Notes: generated from the letters alone by a model not told the origin. 64,000 nucleotides of DNA from Toensbergia leucococca (GCA_022813965.1 JALDZS010000057.1:1-64000); one strand, 5' to 3'; shown: positions 1-13,940, counted from the first letter of the stretch. Program-made: numbers and translations.

Positions 1-1250
1 CTTGCGTGAGGCCTTAGCAATTGTCTGAGATTTTGCCTCCTGAAGCTCTTCCTTCATAATATCCTTCTCATGAGAAATAGCAATAGATCCTTTAAGATAG
101 CGTGCAACTAAGGCTTGATATCTTTGAGAGACATCAGAAGACTCTTTAATCATTGCTTTCAATAGAAATTCATTGTCAACAATCTGTCTTGTTGTATGTG
201 ATGTTGCAAAAGGATTGTTGTCTATTGATCTAGAAGGTGTTTTTGATCAGGAAGCTTGTTTTTCTTTAATTTTTTCAAAGACCTGATTACGATTGAATGA
301 AACTAAGTCAGTATGCTTGAAGGAATTGATGATAGATGATTCCTTGAAGGCCTCATTGTGCATTTGCTGAAAAACTGACAGAAAATCAAGCTTCTCAAAT
401 TCTGTGCTACCGATGCGTATAGAATTATCAATTGCTTCTGAATGATAATGTTTGAATGACTGAAAAAAGGCCTACATCTAATGACTGCGTAAGATGCGTA
501 GAATGAGGAGGTAATCTGAATAGAACAATGTTGTGTGTTGTAGCAAAGTCTAGAAATTCTATTGTTAGATGAGATCCGTACTCATCTACAATAAGAAGTC
601 TTCATGCACTGATCTGATATTTCTTGCTATGCTGTTCCAAATGCTTGATTCAATGCAGGGCTATCTCATCATTAGAATAGCTGAAATCACTTGTACAAAA
701 AACAATCTCATCATTTAGATCATTTTCCTGAACTCAGCTGTGTAGAACTTGCTTGTCAGGAAAAATAAGCATGAATGAAATGCTATTGCTGACAGCGTTG
801 ATGCATTCAGCATCAGAGATGTACTTTCTATTCTCAGAATCATGCAGCCGTACAGAAGAGACCTTATGTAGAGAAACAACTCAATGTCCCCGGTCACAGC
901 CTATGTGAAAGTCTGTTTCATTCATATTTCATGTATCTGCGTCCTGAATCCCTTTTTCTATTCACACATTATTGTAGGCATCAAAATGTAAGCCTAGAGA
1001 AACAGGATCCTCTGCATTTGCACACTTCACAGCTATAGGGTTTTGCTTGCGTTTGAAAAGCTCAGGATGGCGTTTGATGAAGTGAGATACCCATAAAGCA
1101 CCGATGATTGATGACGGGGAGAGATCAGAATGCCCCTGCGATAAGAGATAATTTGCAGCGTTACAGATCATCGGAATTCTAGGAGCCATATTGATCTTAT
1201 TTAGTCACTCAATATACTGCATAATAGCTGCGTTGATATATGATGAATGA
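1..1250 (-). mobile_element. Degenerate pogo/Fot1-like (Tc1/mariner, DDE_1) transposase relic, truncated by the window edge
   Basis: Minus-strand translation gives a CENP-B-type HTH (IGALWVSHFIKRHPEL, ORF 962-1189), DT*NMNETDFHI (cf. DIWNMDETGF) at ~902-940, LLIVDEYGSHLT at ~563-598 and LPPHSTHLTQSLDVG at ~470-515, with many stops and frameshifts. Confidence 0.85.
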
Positions 1251-3754
1251 TTGAAAAGATGATGTATTTATCGCGAAAATGCGACGTTGAGCTGAATGCG
1301 ACGTTGAGCTGATGGGCACTAAATGAGGAACGAATTTCGTGTGAAGGAGTTGAATTTTCAATTCTAATGACGACATTTACCTTGGCACGATTACAGTCGT
1401 ACAGATTTTGGTCAAGATACACTCAATTCTAGTTTTTCGCTCTTCGTCACACGTCAGAAACTTAGGAATGGTGCTGTTCATCCGTGTAATGTTTAAGCAT
1501 TTGTATTTGCTGTGACTCATCAACTTTCTTCTCTTTACGGCAAAAGAACCAGAACCATGGAGTAACTTTAATTCTGTAAGCCCTTTCCACAAATTTGTTG
1601 CAGGATAGCCCTCAAATACTCGTTGGGATTCTTGAAAACCTACGAGTAGGTGTTTAAGTATGCTCTGAAGACTCATAAGAAATTTTCCCCGAAGCCTTAC
1701 TGTGCCACGATTTCTCTCCGGGATCGCTGTCATTTCACGACGCATCTCAAGTATCAAGAATCTGGAGTGATATTATCAGAGGCTATTGTGTCCAAGGGGG
1801 TTTGGATAAGAGATAATAGTTTTACACGACGGGACATTGGCTTGATTGATATTCTGACAGTCAAAACGATGCGTCTCCACGATCATTTCGAGATTTAATT
1901 ACTCAGGTCAGTCTCATGAGCCTCAAGTTTTGGCTGATTTAGCAAAGGTGATTAGCCTTATTACCTCTGCTCAAGACCTGCTAGACTGTCACTGAGCCTA
2001 TGAGTATGTGATTTTCATTTTCTACCAAAGTGCCCAATTGGAGACCCAGCTATCTTGCCTTTCGTGGCTAATCTGTTGCTCTGCCGCATTGTTTCGAGAA
2101 CCTTGAAACTGGCTTGTTTCCAAAATCTTACGATGTCCCCAATGCAGCTTAGCAGAGTGCCAAAGGCTGGCAGGCCGAGGATCACAAAGGGTTTTGATTT
2201 GATGCATGGAAAATCAACAATGGCACGACTACACCCGCTCGATGATTCTACTGAGCTCTCCGACATATAGAATGTTCAGTGCACCGAATTCAAGAAGGAT
2301 TCATAATCGGATATTCTGCACTTTTAGCCGTATACACCTTTTGAGTAATGGATCTAGCCCTGCACCGTACAAGCTTGCATTTATACCAAATGTATTGGTT
2401 GTTAATCGGGCGTGCCTTGCGGACACAACATTTCCTTTGAGACGAAAAATACTGCTCTTGTCCCAGGACCAGAGTAGCCAGTGGCTATATCAAGAAGATC
2501 AAAGCAGGGGACTGCAAAGAGATCCGTTGGCTTCCACTTGTGAACAAAGACAAAGAGTCATTCCCCAATTCCCGAGGCTTCAAAGACGACGAGAATGGTC
2601 TTGGCAAGTGGAATAAGAAAGCCGAGTCAATACTTCGTCAATTGGATTAGCTGCGTTTGCTGACACAGCAAAGAACAAGCTGATATCTACTTTCGATTTG
2701 AGCCTAGGATAGAGGGCGGGAACAAATACGTCTTTGTGGAACTGCCTTCGCCGTGTCGCTGCCTGGTGTAGTCCATCATTTCTTTGCTTTGCAATGACCT
2801 GAGCTAGAAAACGGCACCGAGTGGATCAAATAGAGCAGTCATATTGACTTAGGTATGGACGAAGCGAAATTCCCTCAGCATGAATTTGGGTGGCGCTGTG
2901 AGTCTTTCAGTGCAAGAATTGAGAGTTGATTAGCTCGCAAGGGCTATTGGTTTGGTCAAGATTGAATCCGAGATTTTATCGTAGGTTAATCCTAGCCAGT
3001 CACTTGGAGAGACGGCACTTATTGAGGCATTTTCCTAACGTCAGTAACTCGCTGAAAATGGCAATACATCTTGAGGTAGCAGCGGGGCATGTAGAAGTCT
3101 CTTTTAAGAAATATGAAAGAGTATTTGATTCGAAAGTAATGGGTCTGAAAGTGGTCAAGTGTTGAGTAGTAAAGGGACATCGGTCATGATGATGTTGCCC
3201 GCATTTATGGAAACCTCGGGTAGGCATTTGCCTAACATCGCACTGCACTAGTAGCTTCATGAAAAAGACTTTTGCTGAATTCTATCCTTTGCTCCACGCC
3301 CCAACCGACTCCTCTTTTCTTTCCTTGTTGATTCCCTTACCTCGACTCGCACCCTGAATCCCTCTCGCCTTTTCCACACTTCCGCCGAGCCTTCTCTGTC
3401 ACCCGGCATCACTACGTAACTGTCGTACCCCTCTCAGCTTGACGTTACTTCCGCGCATCATCGTTGGCAAAGTGGTCTTGACCAATTCAACAGCTACATT
3501 TAGACGCCTACAAGAAGATTACAGCCCATTCACTGGCCTAAGTTTCCATACTAGAGGTAGCTAGGCAAGCTGTGCTAGGTGGAGTAAGGTGTGGGCGGGG
3601 GCTGTACCGCTTTCTCGGTCGACGACTGAAGAATCGAGCTCACAACACTCGACAATCTTAAGGCTAGCTGTTAGACCCAAACAGGGAGTTCAAAATCGAA
3701 GTTTGCGGATCTGATTGTCAAATATACGAGTAGAGAGCATTGAACCTTGGGATC

Positions 3755-6700
3755 ATGTCGGTAGCGACGCCCAAGCCCGAGCCGGCCCACGTTAGCCAAG
3801 CCTTCTCGTATGCCCAAGCTGCAAAAGGCAGATCTCCTTCTGTGCCAACTACAATCATTCCAGCCAAAGCTCTCTCTGAGGTTACTGATTCAAGTCCGAG
3901 AACGAATGCGTTGCACGAGGCGAACAATCTGTCTGCTGATCCAGAGAAACCTGCGACAAAACGGAGGGCCAGCGAGGGTCATACTTTTCAGAGTGCAGAC
4001 CTGAAGAGTGGGGGTGAATTAAAACCTGATCTGACTCGAAAGATTGGTTCTTCTACAAATACTGTGCCTTCTTCACCTGAGGGACAATCTGGACACCAAT
4101 CACAATCGAACCTCTCCATGCCATCTTCGCCTGATTTTGGTACAGCCTCGACGTCTACTTTACCCAAGGAGGACGATATGTTCTCGACCCCGAACGGATC
4201 ATCAGATTCGACATGGGACAAGCAATCTCAAGGTTCTCAAAATGGAAACAAGAGCCCGGAGAAAGTGGACACCGATAAGGAATCAAATCCACCACATCCA
4301 TGGGACGAGGACATTCCGACTCCTGCGTTACTTAAGGAGGCGCCACCCCCAGCTGTCAATTTCTGGCAGCAGCGAGCTTTAGAAGCGAAGGCAAAAGTTA
4401 CTAGGCAATCAACTGCATTTCAGCCTTCGAAGTCAGCTAGTCTGAGCAATGGTAATGGGCAGACAATTGGTGCATCGAAGAGCATGGACACACCTATCGA
4501 TGTAAAGAAAGCAGAAAACAAGAAGAAACCCAAGGCAGGTCCCTTGGGTGGCGAAGATAGACCTATAGTAGTGAGCACCAAATCTAACGATGGTAGACGT
4601 AAAAGCGGTGAAGAAGGTGAGCCAATATTAATAATCTGCTGACCTTAAATACTGACGGAGAGCAGTACTGGAGAAGAGCGTCCATCGAGCTGCACGTTCG
4701 CCAGAGGTAGAAAAAGCAATGCCAGTAGCAATGGCTCCACCACCTCCTAGCGATGCAATATCTTGGCCAACCCCAGAAAGCGCACAAGATGAAGAGAAGA
4801 AAAAGGCCCAAGAACGAGGGGATAAAGGGGAGAAAGAGAAGTCATTAGCACCAAGATCCCATGGCAAGGAGAAGTGGATGCCTGTTCCATATGTGCCCAC
4901 CGCTGTCTTCAACACACCGTTGCCACCAGCAGCAAAGAGAGGCGGCCGGCCGGCGCGCGGTGGAAGAGAAGGTGGTGGTCGTGGAGGCCATGTAACGCAT
5001 GGTAGCATTAACGCAGAGAGGCCACCAGCAGGATTTCAAGGTGGCTCTGGTGCTGTGGCCCCAGTGGTTGCAAGTGAGTGCGGTCGAGCAGAATTGGGCT
5101 CGACCAGGGGTGGATCTAACTCATCGAAACCGAAGAGAGCAGTTAGTGCAGGGCCCGCCACGGCTAGAGAACAACGAAGAACCGTAGAATCTACTCTGAC
5201 GGAAAAACGCAAGGAAGAGGATAGTGGAGCACAGAAGGTGGGTCAAGGTACCAGGCCTCCATCGGTGCAACAGCGTCGAACATCTGCAGCTACACAAACT
5301 GAAAGCCCGCTCGCTGGTCGTCCATCAGCTAGTCAGGAAGCCAGAGATATTGGACAGCCTACCCGCAAGCTTTCGCAGATCAATACCGAGAAAGACGAGA
5401 AATACCAAAACTTTCCTCGAGACACACAAGCATTTCCTCGATCTGCAGGACCCGACCGACGAAGTGAGGGCTCAGTCAAACCACCAGATTACGGTAGGGA
5501 TTTTCACGGCTATCTTCCGTCGCGCGAGAGAGGTGAAGGGAGATCAGAGCGAGGCCGTGGAAGTTATCGCGGCAGAGGAGGGTCAAATAACGGGTTCTCC
5601 GACAGCAATTCAGCTACTGGACAAGGTTTCTCGAATGGCTATCCATCTCACAATGCGGCTCCCGGGGCATTTCCACCTTCTAAAACACACTCGCATACAG
5701 AACGAAATGCATTGCAGAGCCAGGGCGCACCCTTTCCACCACCGCAACAGCATCCTAGAGCCTTTCGTGGCAACCCACGAGCACAATCAATCCCAAATTC
5801 AGCAGGATATGGTAGATATCCCGCTGGGCCTTCCACAGGACCTCAACATTTGTCGTCTATTCAAACCGATATGGCCAACATGTACGGCTATCAGCCGGGG
5901 CATCCTGGTGTTATGAGTGCCATGCCTTTCCCAACATATGTAGAGCAGATTACTCTACTCGGAATGGTGTCGATGCAAATGTATGTTGTACCCCCTGACT
6001 GACGTAAAGTGTAACTAATGAGACAGGGAATACTACTTCTCGGTAGACAACCTCTGCAAGGACATGTTTCTTCGGAAGCATATGGACTCTCAAGGCTTCG
6101 TTTTCCTCAGTGTCTTGGCAAAATTCAATCGTATCAAGCAGCTGACGCAAGATATGGATCTGATCCGATACGTATGCTTGAACTCGCCGAACATCGAATT
6201 TCGAGTCGGTACGGATGGAATTGACCGATTACGTAAGAGAGATGGATGGCAACAGTGGGTTTTGAGTATGGAAGATCGTGATTTATCCGCACGAAACGAT
6301 GGCCCAGCCCAAATCCAACAACCTCGAGCACTGGCTGCTTCATATGGATTTGACGATCGCCAGAACATATCTCCCCGAGAGTCACTCAACTCTATAATTA
6401 ATCCAGCGGACGATGGATCTTACATATCAACAGATGCCGTTGAACCGTCTTTCGATTCGAACCAGGCTACAGCTATGACAAATGGGGACATGAGTGACAC
6501 TTCCATCTCGCAAACTCCATTGTCTGCTGCAGTACCGGATTTTGCTCCTGGCCTACCGTTAATGAACATGCATGGTCTCTCGTCGCTTGAATCGCATCCA
6601 CACGGAGAAAGCTCATTCACTGACGAGCAAGTTGAGAGTCTGATGATTGTCGTTCGAAAGTCGACCAACCCTTCCGCTCCTATACGGGCGCCCTTTCATA

Positions 6701-7440
6701 CTGCGGCATCTCGCACATTCTCAAACGGTTCCATCGATGGTCCAACCGTATCGGAAGAATTACACCGAAACGAGGAACTACAGTCAAGTCTTAACACTAG
6801 CGGGGATGACGGGCCGGAAGCGTAAGATCTCTAAGAATGACTTCTTGATCCCAGCTAACCCCCGATCAGTTTCGACTTCAATAGAATACCAAGGTCACGA
6901 AGTCCATTCCCGTTAGGCTCGTCTGCGAGGCAAGGCAACAGTAACGCACCGCCGGTCTTTTGGGTCAAAAATAAGGAAAATCCTATTGATTCCCTACCGA
7001 GCGACTTGACTCATGAGTCGTACAGCGTATTTCGAAGAAACGCATTGACTAAGCGCGAGCACTCAGCGGTCGGCAGTTGCCACCGTGATATGGATATCCT
7101 CTACCAATTTTGGTCTCACTTTCTCATTCGCAATTTCAATCCAAACATGTACCAGGAGTTTCGGCAAATAGCTTTTGAAGATGCTGCACAGCAAGAGTCT
7201 ACTGTCGGTTTCAAGAACCTGGTACAGTTTTACGATGCTTCGATTCTTGGCGAAAAGATCATTTCGGACGAGATCGCGCAGGATTTTGTCGATTTGGTAA
7301 AGTACGAGTGGTCCGGCAAAGAGAGGCTGGCATTTGATAAGCTTAGGGCTGCATGGAGAAACGGCGCTTTCAATATGAAAAATCGCAAGAAGATTGACAA
7401 CATCCTTGACCCGGCCCTCAAGGCCGAACTCGAGCGCTAG
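3755..7440 (+). CDS. La-motif RNA-binding protein, LARP1/Sro9-like, with C-terminal DM15-like region; 4 exons
   Basis: Exons 3755-4616, 4666-5980, 6027-6821 and 6870-7440 join in frame across GT..AG introns. La motif MEYYFSVDNLCKDMFLRKHMDSQGFVFL..FNRIKQLT; C-terminal LYQFWSHFLIRNFNPNMYQEFRQIAFEDA; RGG-rich middle. Confidence 0.9.
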
Positions 7441-8253
7441 GAGAACGGTCGCTCAAGATCTTTTACTTTGGATCTGTCACGCCGTCTCCCCTCAAAGTGA
7501 AGTACAGCTTTTCGAATCCCAACCCCAGAGTCAAGGAAGGCTTTCCATGGCAGGGCAGAGGTTTTACATGAGCTTTTCACAACTAGCATGCGTGAGGCGG
7601 TTGGACGGCCGAAATCTTCTCATGGCCGGTCCGAAAGCATTCCTTTGTTAAAATGGACACAGGCTTCGGATTTTTACTGTTCTTGTATGCTTCACAGGCG
7701 CAAGGAACGGGCGCAGTGTTGGAGAACACACTTATGATAGTTCAAAAATGGCATTGCACGGGGCATCTAGGGGTACTTTCTCAGACACGACATTCAAAAA
7801 TGGAGCTTACGATCTTTCCTGTTCTTGCATAGCGAGTCTAGACGCTTCTACACATAGTCCCTTTTAATTGCCGCTTCGTCATTCGCAAGGGTGGCGACTT
7901 TGGTCATGAATGTTTGGTGGAAGTAAGCTCGGTGGCTTTTAGACTCGTGTACTTTGTGCTTGGTCCATATTAAAAAAGAAAAAAAAGACTACAACATTAA
8001 GTCCAATATACTCGTAGACTTGATATATTGGGAGCTGAAGGTTGTACTCTGTACGAATCATGGCGACCAATCAGAGTGGTACATATTCTACCTATCCGTA
8101 AACCATCCAGTCAGTAAAATACGGACCAACCGAATCAAGTTAGGCGAGCTAGGCTATGACGCTGGCTATGAATTCGCCACATTCCTTCCTCGTCCACCTA
8201 CTCCGTACGAATAGAAATCGTCAATCTTGGGGCTGCATTACTCTTTCACAGAT

Positions 8254-9665
8254 ATGGCACCTTCTAGTGGCCATTGCCTGGTCCCAAAGGCCATCAAATT
8301 TGTCAAGTAAGTCAAAAGATCATTGACATCACGACCATATGTACCACTAACCAACCATTCTCTCATAGATTTGCCCTCTCGAAAACCACCTCCCTCATCC
8401 GCTCCAAACTCCCCAAACCCGCCGTCTCCACCACCGAAACTCTTACCCTCCAACCTATCCGGCTCACGAACTCGGCCCACCCCATCCACCCTCTTGCCCG
8501 CCTTCGCCAATCCCGCTCCCAGCACCGCTCCTTCTCAACAACCCCCTTCAACCCCACCTCGAAACCCAAACACCCGAGCCGCTCTTCCCTCCCATACTCA
8601 CAAACTAGCAAAGCCATCGTCCGTCGCGGCTCCGCTCCCTTTGCATCGACCCTCCGCCCAAATCTTACTGGTGGCGCTCTGCCTCGCTCGGCTGGTGGGT
8701 ACAGCCTTGGTGGCTCGGGAAGAGGCGTGCGGCACTTCAGCCATACGCCTACGGCTCAGGCGCAGGTGGTGCAGAATGTCAGTGCGGGCTTGAGAGCATT
8801 TGTGCTCGGTGGCGGAAAAGCGAGATATGATGGCTTGGACGGGCGGACGGGCGAGAAGAAATGGAGGGCTGTTTCCAAGACGGAGGATGAGGTTGTCAGG
8901 AACTTGGACAAAATGTCCAAAGTATCCATGAACAAAGGCACCAAGCTCGAATTTCGCCTCACTCCAACCATCACTGCCCTTTCCTCCAGCTCCTTCTCCA
9001 GCACCCAAACCCTTCACACCCCCTCCCTCCTCACGAACCTCACCACCGACCTCTCCCACGCCCTCAAAGATCTCTCAACCACCCTCCAGGACCTTCAACG
9101 CCTCTCATCCCTCGGCGATCTTCCCCTTTCCCTATCTCCCAATCGTTCCAGTCTCGTGGTGCATTTCCCCGGCACCGACGCCCAAACCGTCTCCAATCTC
9201 TGCGACGAGGTCGGCATTTGCCGCGGCGTCGTGCGTGAGGATGAGGGATGGGTTGGCGATCGAGCGGTGGAGATGGCGCTACTGTTTCCGTTTGCGGAGA
9301 GTGAGGTGGGGATTGAAAGGACTGAGGTTGAGGGCGTGGATTGGAGAGAAATGATGATGATGGGTCATTCTCGTGATGGCAATGGGAGAGTCGAGATGTC
9401 TGCTGCAACTGATGAGAATTGTACTTCTGCTGTCGGCCGTGGTGTTGTCGTTGGAATTGGTGCGGGAGGGACTACGACGGAGGGATATGAGAGTTTACGG
9501 GGGAGTGATTTCGAGTATGGGGATTTTGGCGCGGGGGTGGAGGAGAGTGTGGGGGTTGGTGGGAGTGGTGGTGATGATAGGGCTGCTTTGGGGGGTAAGG
9601 GGGAGTATGAGGGCGTGGAGGGCTTTTTGAGGTTTTTGAGGGAGTGTGAGGGGGGGAGGGGATGA
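8254..9665 (+). CDS. Conserved fungal hypothetical protein; 2 exons
   Basis: ATG 8254, intron 8307-8368 (GTAAGT..CTAAC..TAG), in frame with ORF 8274-9665. Contains the blocks RHFSHTPTAQAQVVQNVSAGLRAF and HFPGTDAQTVSNLCDEVGICRGVVRED, which I recall from a Pezizomycotina family. Confidence 0.75.
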
Positions 9666-10267
9666 ATGAATTGGGTTGATTTTGGGGAAGGGATGGGAGG
9701 GGGAGGGGTGAAGGACTAGAATGAGACGTGTTTTTCTTTTTTTTTTGTTGAGGGCGGTGTGGTTGCCTGGCTCTTTGATTTTCTGTTCTTGGCTTTTGAG
9801 CGTTTTGTGAGAGGAGAGGTTGGGGTAGCTGTAGTACCCCCCCTATGAGATTGACCAAGAATGGGGTTTTTGTTGCGGAAAGTGGGTACTTTTTATGCTT
9901 CTTCTGCGTGTTCCCTATTGCGTCTTATTTTCCTTGAAAGACTGACTGGCTAGGTTTTATGTTACTTTTCTATAGGCCCCCCAAGCGTGTGCAGAAGTTC
10001 GTCGCTTTATTCCATGCGTGTGCTGTGGGTCTTAGGTTTTGATTCCATTCCTATCTATATCTATATCGCCATCCGGCCATATGCCCACATAAATACCTAT
10101 CCCCCATCTATCCTTCAAACCCAGACCCAGACCCAGCCCCGCCAGCACCCCTTCTACCTCTCTCTCATCGTCTCTAATCTCCCAAACCCTCGCCCCTTGA
10201 ACGCCTGTAACCACATCCCAACACAACAACCCATCCCACCCCAACCCATCCCACCTCAACACATCTC

Positions 10268-10308
10268 CCTCACTCCTCACTCCTCACTCCTCACTCCTCA
10301 CTCCTCAC
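10268..10308. repeat. 7-bp microsatellite (CCTCACT) x ~6
   Basis: cctcact repeated five times plus cctcac. Confidence 0.85.
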
Positions 10309-11719
10309 ACACACACACCCTCTCTTTCTCAGCTCGGAGAGAGGGATTCTCCAAATCTCCAATCTCCCCAAAGGGTCCCCAAAGAATCTCAGGCGCTGGA
10401 GTGTGTTTTCATTTTGGGTCTCGTGAAAAGGGTGGTTGGTTTGAGTTAGGGGAGTTCCGAGTTTCTGTTGCAGGCACCCAAGTATATATGTATATATGTA
10501 ATGGGCTGTAATGCTATAGCGTTTGTGGGTTTGGGTATTCTCGACGGGCGGCCGCTGGGTGCTGTGTGTGTGTTTTTGTCAATGATGTGGGTATAGTGTC
10601 CGAGGTCCGTCGTGGGGTTTTCCATGGGGCTCCATGATGAGATAGAGTTAGGATTTTCCTTTTTTTTTTTTTTTTTGGGATGTTGAGGAGGTGGGCTGGG
10701 ATATTCGAGCAGGATTCGGGAAGTCGAGATGGAGAGTAGGTTGTGAAAGACGAGAGGGGGGGATGGGGGGATGGGGTGTGAGAGAGAGGGAGTACTAGAG
10801 TTTGAGTAGGGGTTGACAACAACTTTTCGAGCTCGTGGATGGGATTGGTGCGCAGATCTGGATTGGGGTTTGCATGTATTTCGTTGATCAATCAATAGGA
10901 GAGAGGAAGTCGGGAAAGCATAATGTGTGATGATAGTGATAGCAGGATTGGCGCGACGATCTGAGGGTAGGATATCAAGATTTAGCATCGAGGAGGAGTG
11001 ATTTACGGGAGCATGGAATGGGATGTGCTTGAGGCCAGATATTGAAGGGGAGGGTGAGAGAAGAGTATTGTGGTTTAGATAGAGACCTGGGGTGGGTGGG
11101 AGAGAGGGGGCGAAACAAGTAAACAGAGAGACGAGATCGGGTGGGAGACAGATGAGATGTTGAAGCCAGGTGCAGGGTCATGGAACAGACAGGGAGTCAT
11201 ACATGAATTAAACTTGTGATTGACGCGCCTCAATGTCTATCCCAAATTTAGGTCAGAGGTCCAGCCTATACGCCGAGAGTGTGAAGATATCACCAGATGT
11301 CTCTAGTCTTGGCCTCCAAGGAGGTCATATCAAGACAGCTGATGTTCCAGGCAATACCGAGAGCAAACTTGCCTGGATCAAAGGACCGCGCGTTGAGAGA
11401 GAAGCAGGATACGAGGGATTTACGTCGATCCCGATTACCAATCGTCCAGTAGAGGATTTCAAAAAGAGGTGGGGTGTCGACGATGCCCTGGTCACCATAA
11501 TTCAGAAACTATAGGGGTGTGGCTGCGTAATCAATGGCTGACGCCCATAGCGCTGGGTGATTTGGAGCTCGCAAGAGGAATTTCTACTCGTTGTGGAACT
11601 CTGCCAATCCCATGCGAAAGTCGTTGGTTCAGCATCTTCTAGAAAAGCCTTGATGGATAGCTGGAGCTGCAGACGGATAAAGATCACCTCAAAGATCACA
11701 GCCGGGATCTTGTTGCAGA

Positions 11720-12912
11720 TCAACCAGACATCCAGGCGGATACCCTATTGGTACCGAATCGTGCTGCAAATCTCAGACCCGTGCTTCCCATGGGAAAATA
11801 GCTGACAAGATACCAAACAAGGGAAGCTAATTGTAGAATGGCAGAAAGGAGTGTCAGGATTGTTTGTTGAAGCTATCATGTGAGCATTTTGCGATCAGCA
11901 GACTTATTTCCCCCTTGGGTTGATTAAAGTGGGGGTGTGGTAGACCGGTTGAAGGACATGGATTCGAACAAGGACAAGAACGAGAACGGAAACGGGGATC
12001 GACAACTTACTCCAACCGCAAAATACAAAGTCAATGCAATAGATCCAAAATAGGCCGCCGTGAAAGGTAATCGAGGCCCCGACAGGAGATGTCGAGCATA
12101 TTGCATGGGCCCCAACAATACCGCCCACGATGCCAAGAATAGCACTGAACCCATTGTCCATCTGCGATCAGAATAAACATGTCAGCCACCCCCATGTAGA
12201 ATTCGCATCGGAGGAAGATGTGCAGGGTGAAACAGAGCAGCTATACGAAACGCTGCTCCGATCGGCTGCAACTTTCCGAAGCTCGAGCCTCATCATGCGC
12301 CGTCAGTGGAATGTGTGGATGGGTGTCTCGCAAGTGTGGCGCAGGCATGATCGTCAAGAGTCATGATATCAGGCGGATGCCCAGAAGAGACAGGGTATAC
12401 ATACAGTATGGCGAATTTTCGAGGCTTCAGCGATAAGACGGGGAACAGAGCAAAGCAGATAACAAAACAGGCTAAAGCGGCTACATTGCATCCACCGAAG
12501 ACAAGCAGGCGATCCCATCGACTCACTATGGAACGATCCAATTAGTATAGCTTCTCGAATAGCGTGCACATGGTATAAATGCGCTAGACATTGGGATGCA
12601 TGACGATATGCGTGTGATGAAAACGGGTACGCAGGAACTTTGGACCTCATCACCGGCCAGCTTGAAGACTGCAAACCATAGTAACTTACATGCGAACCAG
12701 CCTTCTTCCTCTTCTTGTCTACTAGGAGCAGGCAGTGGCGCCCCAGGGGCTTCATGTGTCGGGAGCCTAACGTAGCCACCATCACCAAACGGATTGAGCG
12801 ATTGTAGCCTGGTGATAATGGGCGTGGACGAGGCAGTGTTGACCGGAATATCGGGATCTCGTCGCGACCAGCCCATAGAGTTCATCGAGTCTCGAAATGA
12901 GGTTGTTGCCAT
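11720..12912 (-). CDS. SFT2: SFT2 vesicle-transport membrane protein (Got1/Sft2 family); 4 exons
   Basis: Exons 12912-12690, 12525-12405, 12161-12011, 11872-11720. Spliced protein contains EEEEGWFALSRWDRLLVFGGC, KPRKFAILWTMGSVLFL, RLPFTAAYFGSIALTLYFA and WYLVSYFPMGSTGLRF. Confidence 0.93.
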
Positions 12913-13940
12913 AATGGAGCCAGGTGCCGGGGTGGTCGATATCGAGCGACGCCTAGAAGCTGCCAGACCAAGGAATCCCCTCTCCCTTTCCCCACTCTGT
13001 CGATGCACCAAGAGCACTTAGCCTCGGGCGTAAATAAGGTTGACGATGATGGCTTCAACCCTTGTTACGCGTATGGTGTGGTGGTCCCAGCTTTTCTCGC
13101 GGTGATAGCGGGTTTGCCGTGCAAAGGTCAGTCGTTTCGATGCGCGACGGGAGCGGAAAGATTTCCTGCAGATGATCGTCTTGTGGGGTACGTTGATCGG
13201 AGCTTTCCAGGCGCATACTCTGCCAATGAAAACGCAGGTCAGTATCAGAGGACTGGACGAGTGGAGCCTCGCGATTATGTAGGCTAGGCAAAGGCTCGAG
13301 AGGAGAATATCGAAGCAAAGAGCAGCGATAAAGGAATGGGTGTGTGGCAAAAGGAGAGCAAACGATTGGTCAAGTGATGGGGGATGGGCGTGGGGAGAGA
13401 CATGGAGGCACACCTTTCTTTTAATCTACCTTATAGCACGACTGCCTAATCCCAATAGAATATTATTGAGCAGGCAGTCGAGGCAGTATCCGTTGCAGAC
13501 TAGTAGAGTGATGAGGCCTCAAGTCTGGGGGGGGATCGACGACGACGACGACTACTTACAGGGTCCAAGCTTCCTCGTATGCCTCTAGCCGCATCAGGCG
13601 TAATGCATATGCATCAGCAGCCATGTTGACGCCACACTTGATGGCAATGGATAGTATGATTCATTCCTCTCAGGAGTCACACTCTCGACACTGTAGGTAG
13701 ACTTGTAGGGTCGAGGGTCTCAGTTGGCACTAGTGAATGAATATGAAACCATGCATGACTGTGGACGACCAAGAGGAAGCTATCAAGCTAAATTCGACCC
13801 TCCCTCGCGCCGAGCATAAGAAAGTCGAATATCCGAATCTCGTCTCGCGTCCTTCTTCTGCATCGCTCCCGCCTCAAGCGAACGCTACCAGGCTACCACT
13901 CATCATTCACCACCACTTACCACTTACCAAGCTACCTACT

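Noticed and set aside
1278..1311. 17-bp tandem duplication AATGCGACGTTGAGCTG
   Set aside because: Simple slippage duplication at the edge of the transposon relic; no matching terminal repeat found in the window.
8254..9665. Casein kinase II beta subunit label that I recall being attached to similar proteins
   Set aside because: No CK2-beta zinc-finger or acidic-loop motifs are visible.
11233..11805. Plus-strand ORFs 11233-11514 and 11557-11805
   Set aside because: They lie antisense to the SFT2 last exon and likely 3' UTR; no recognisable motifs.
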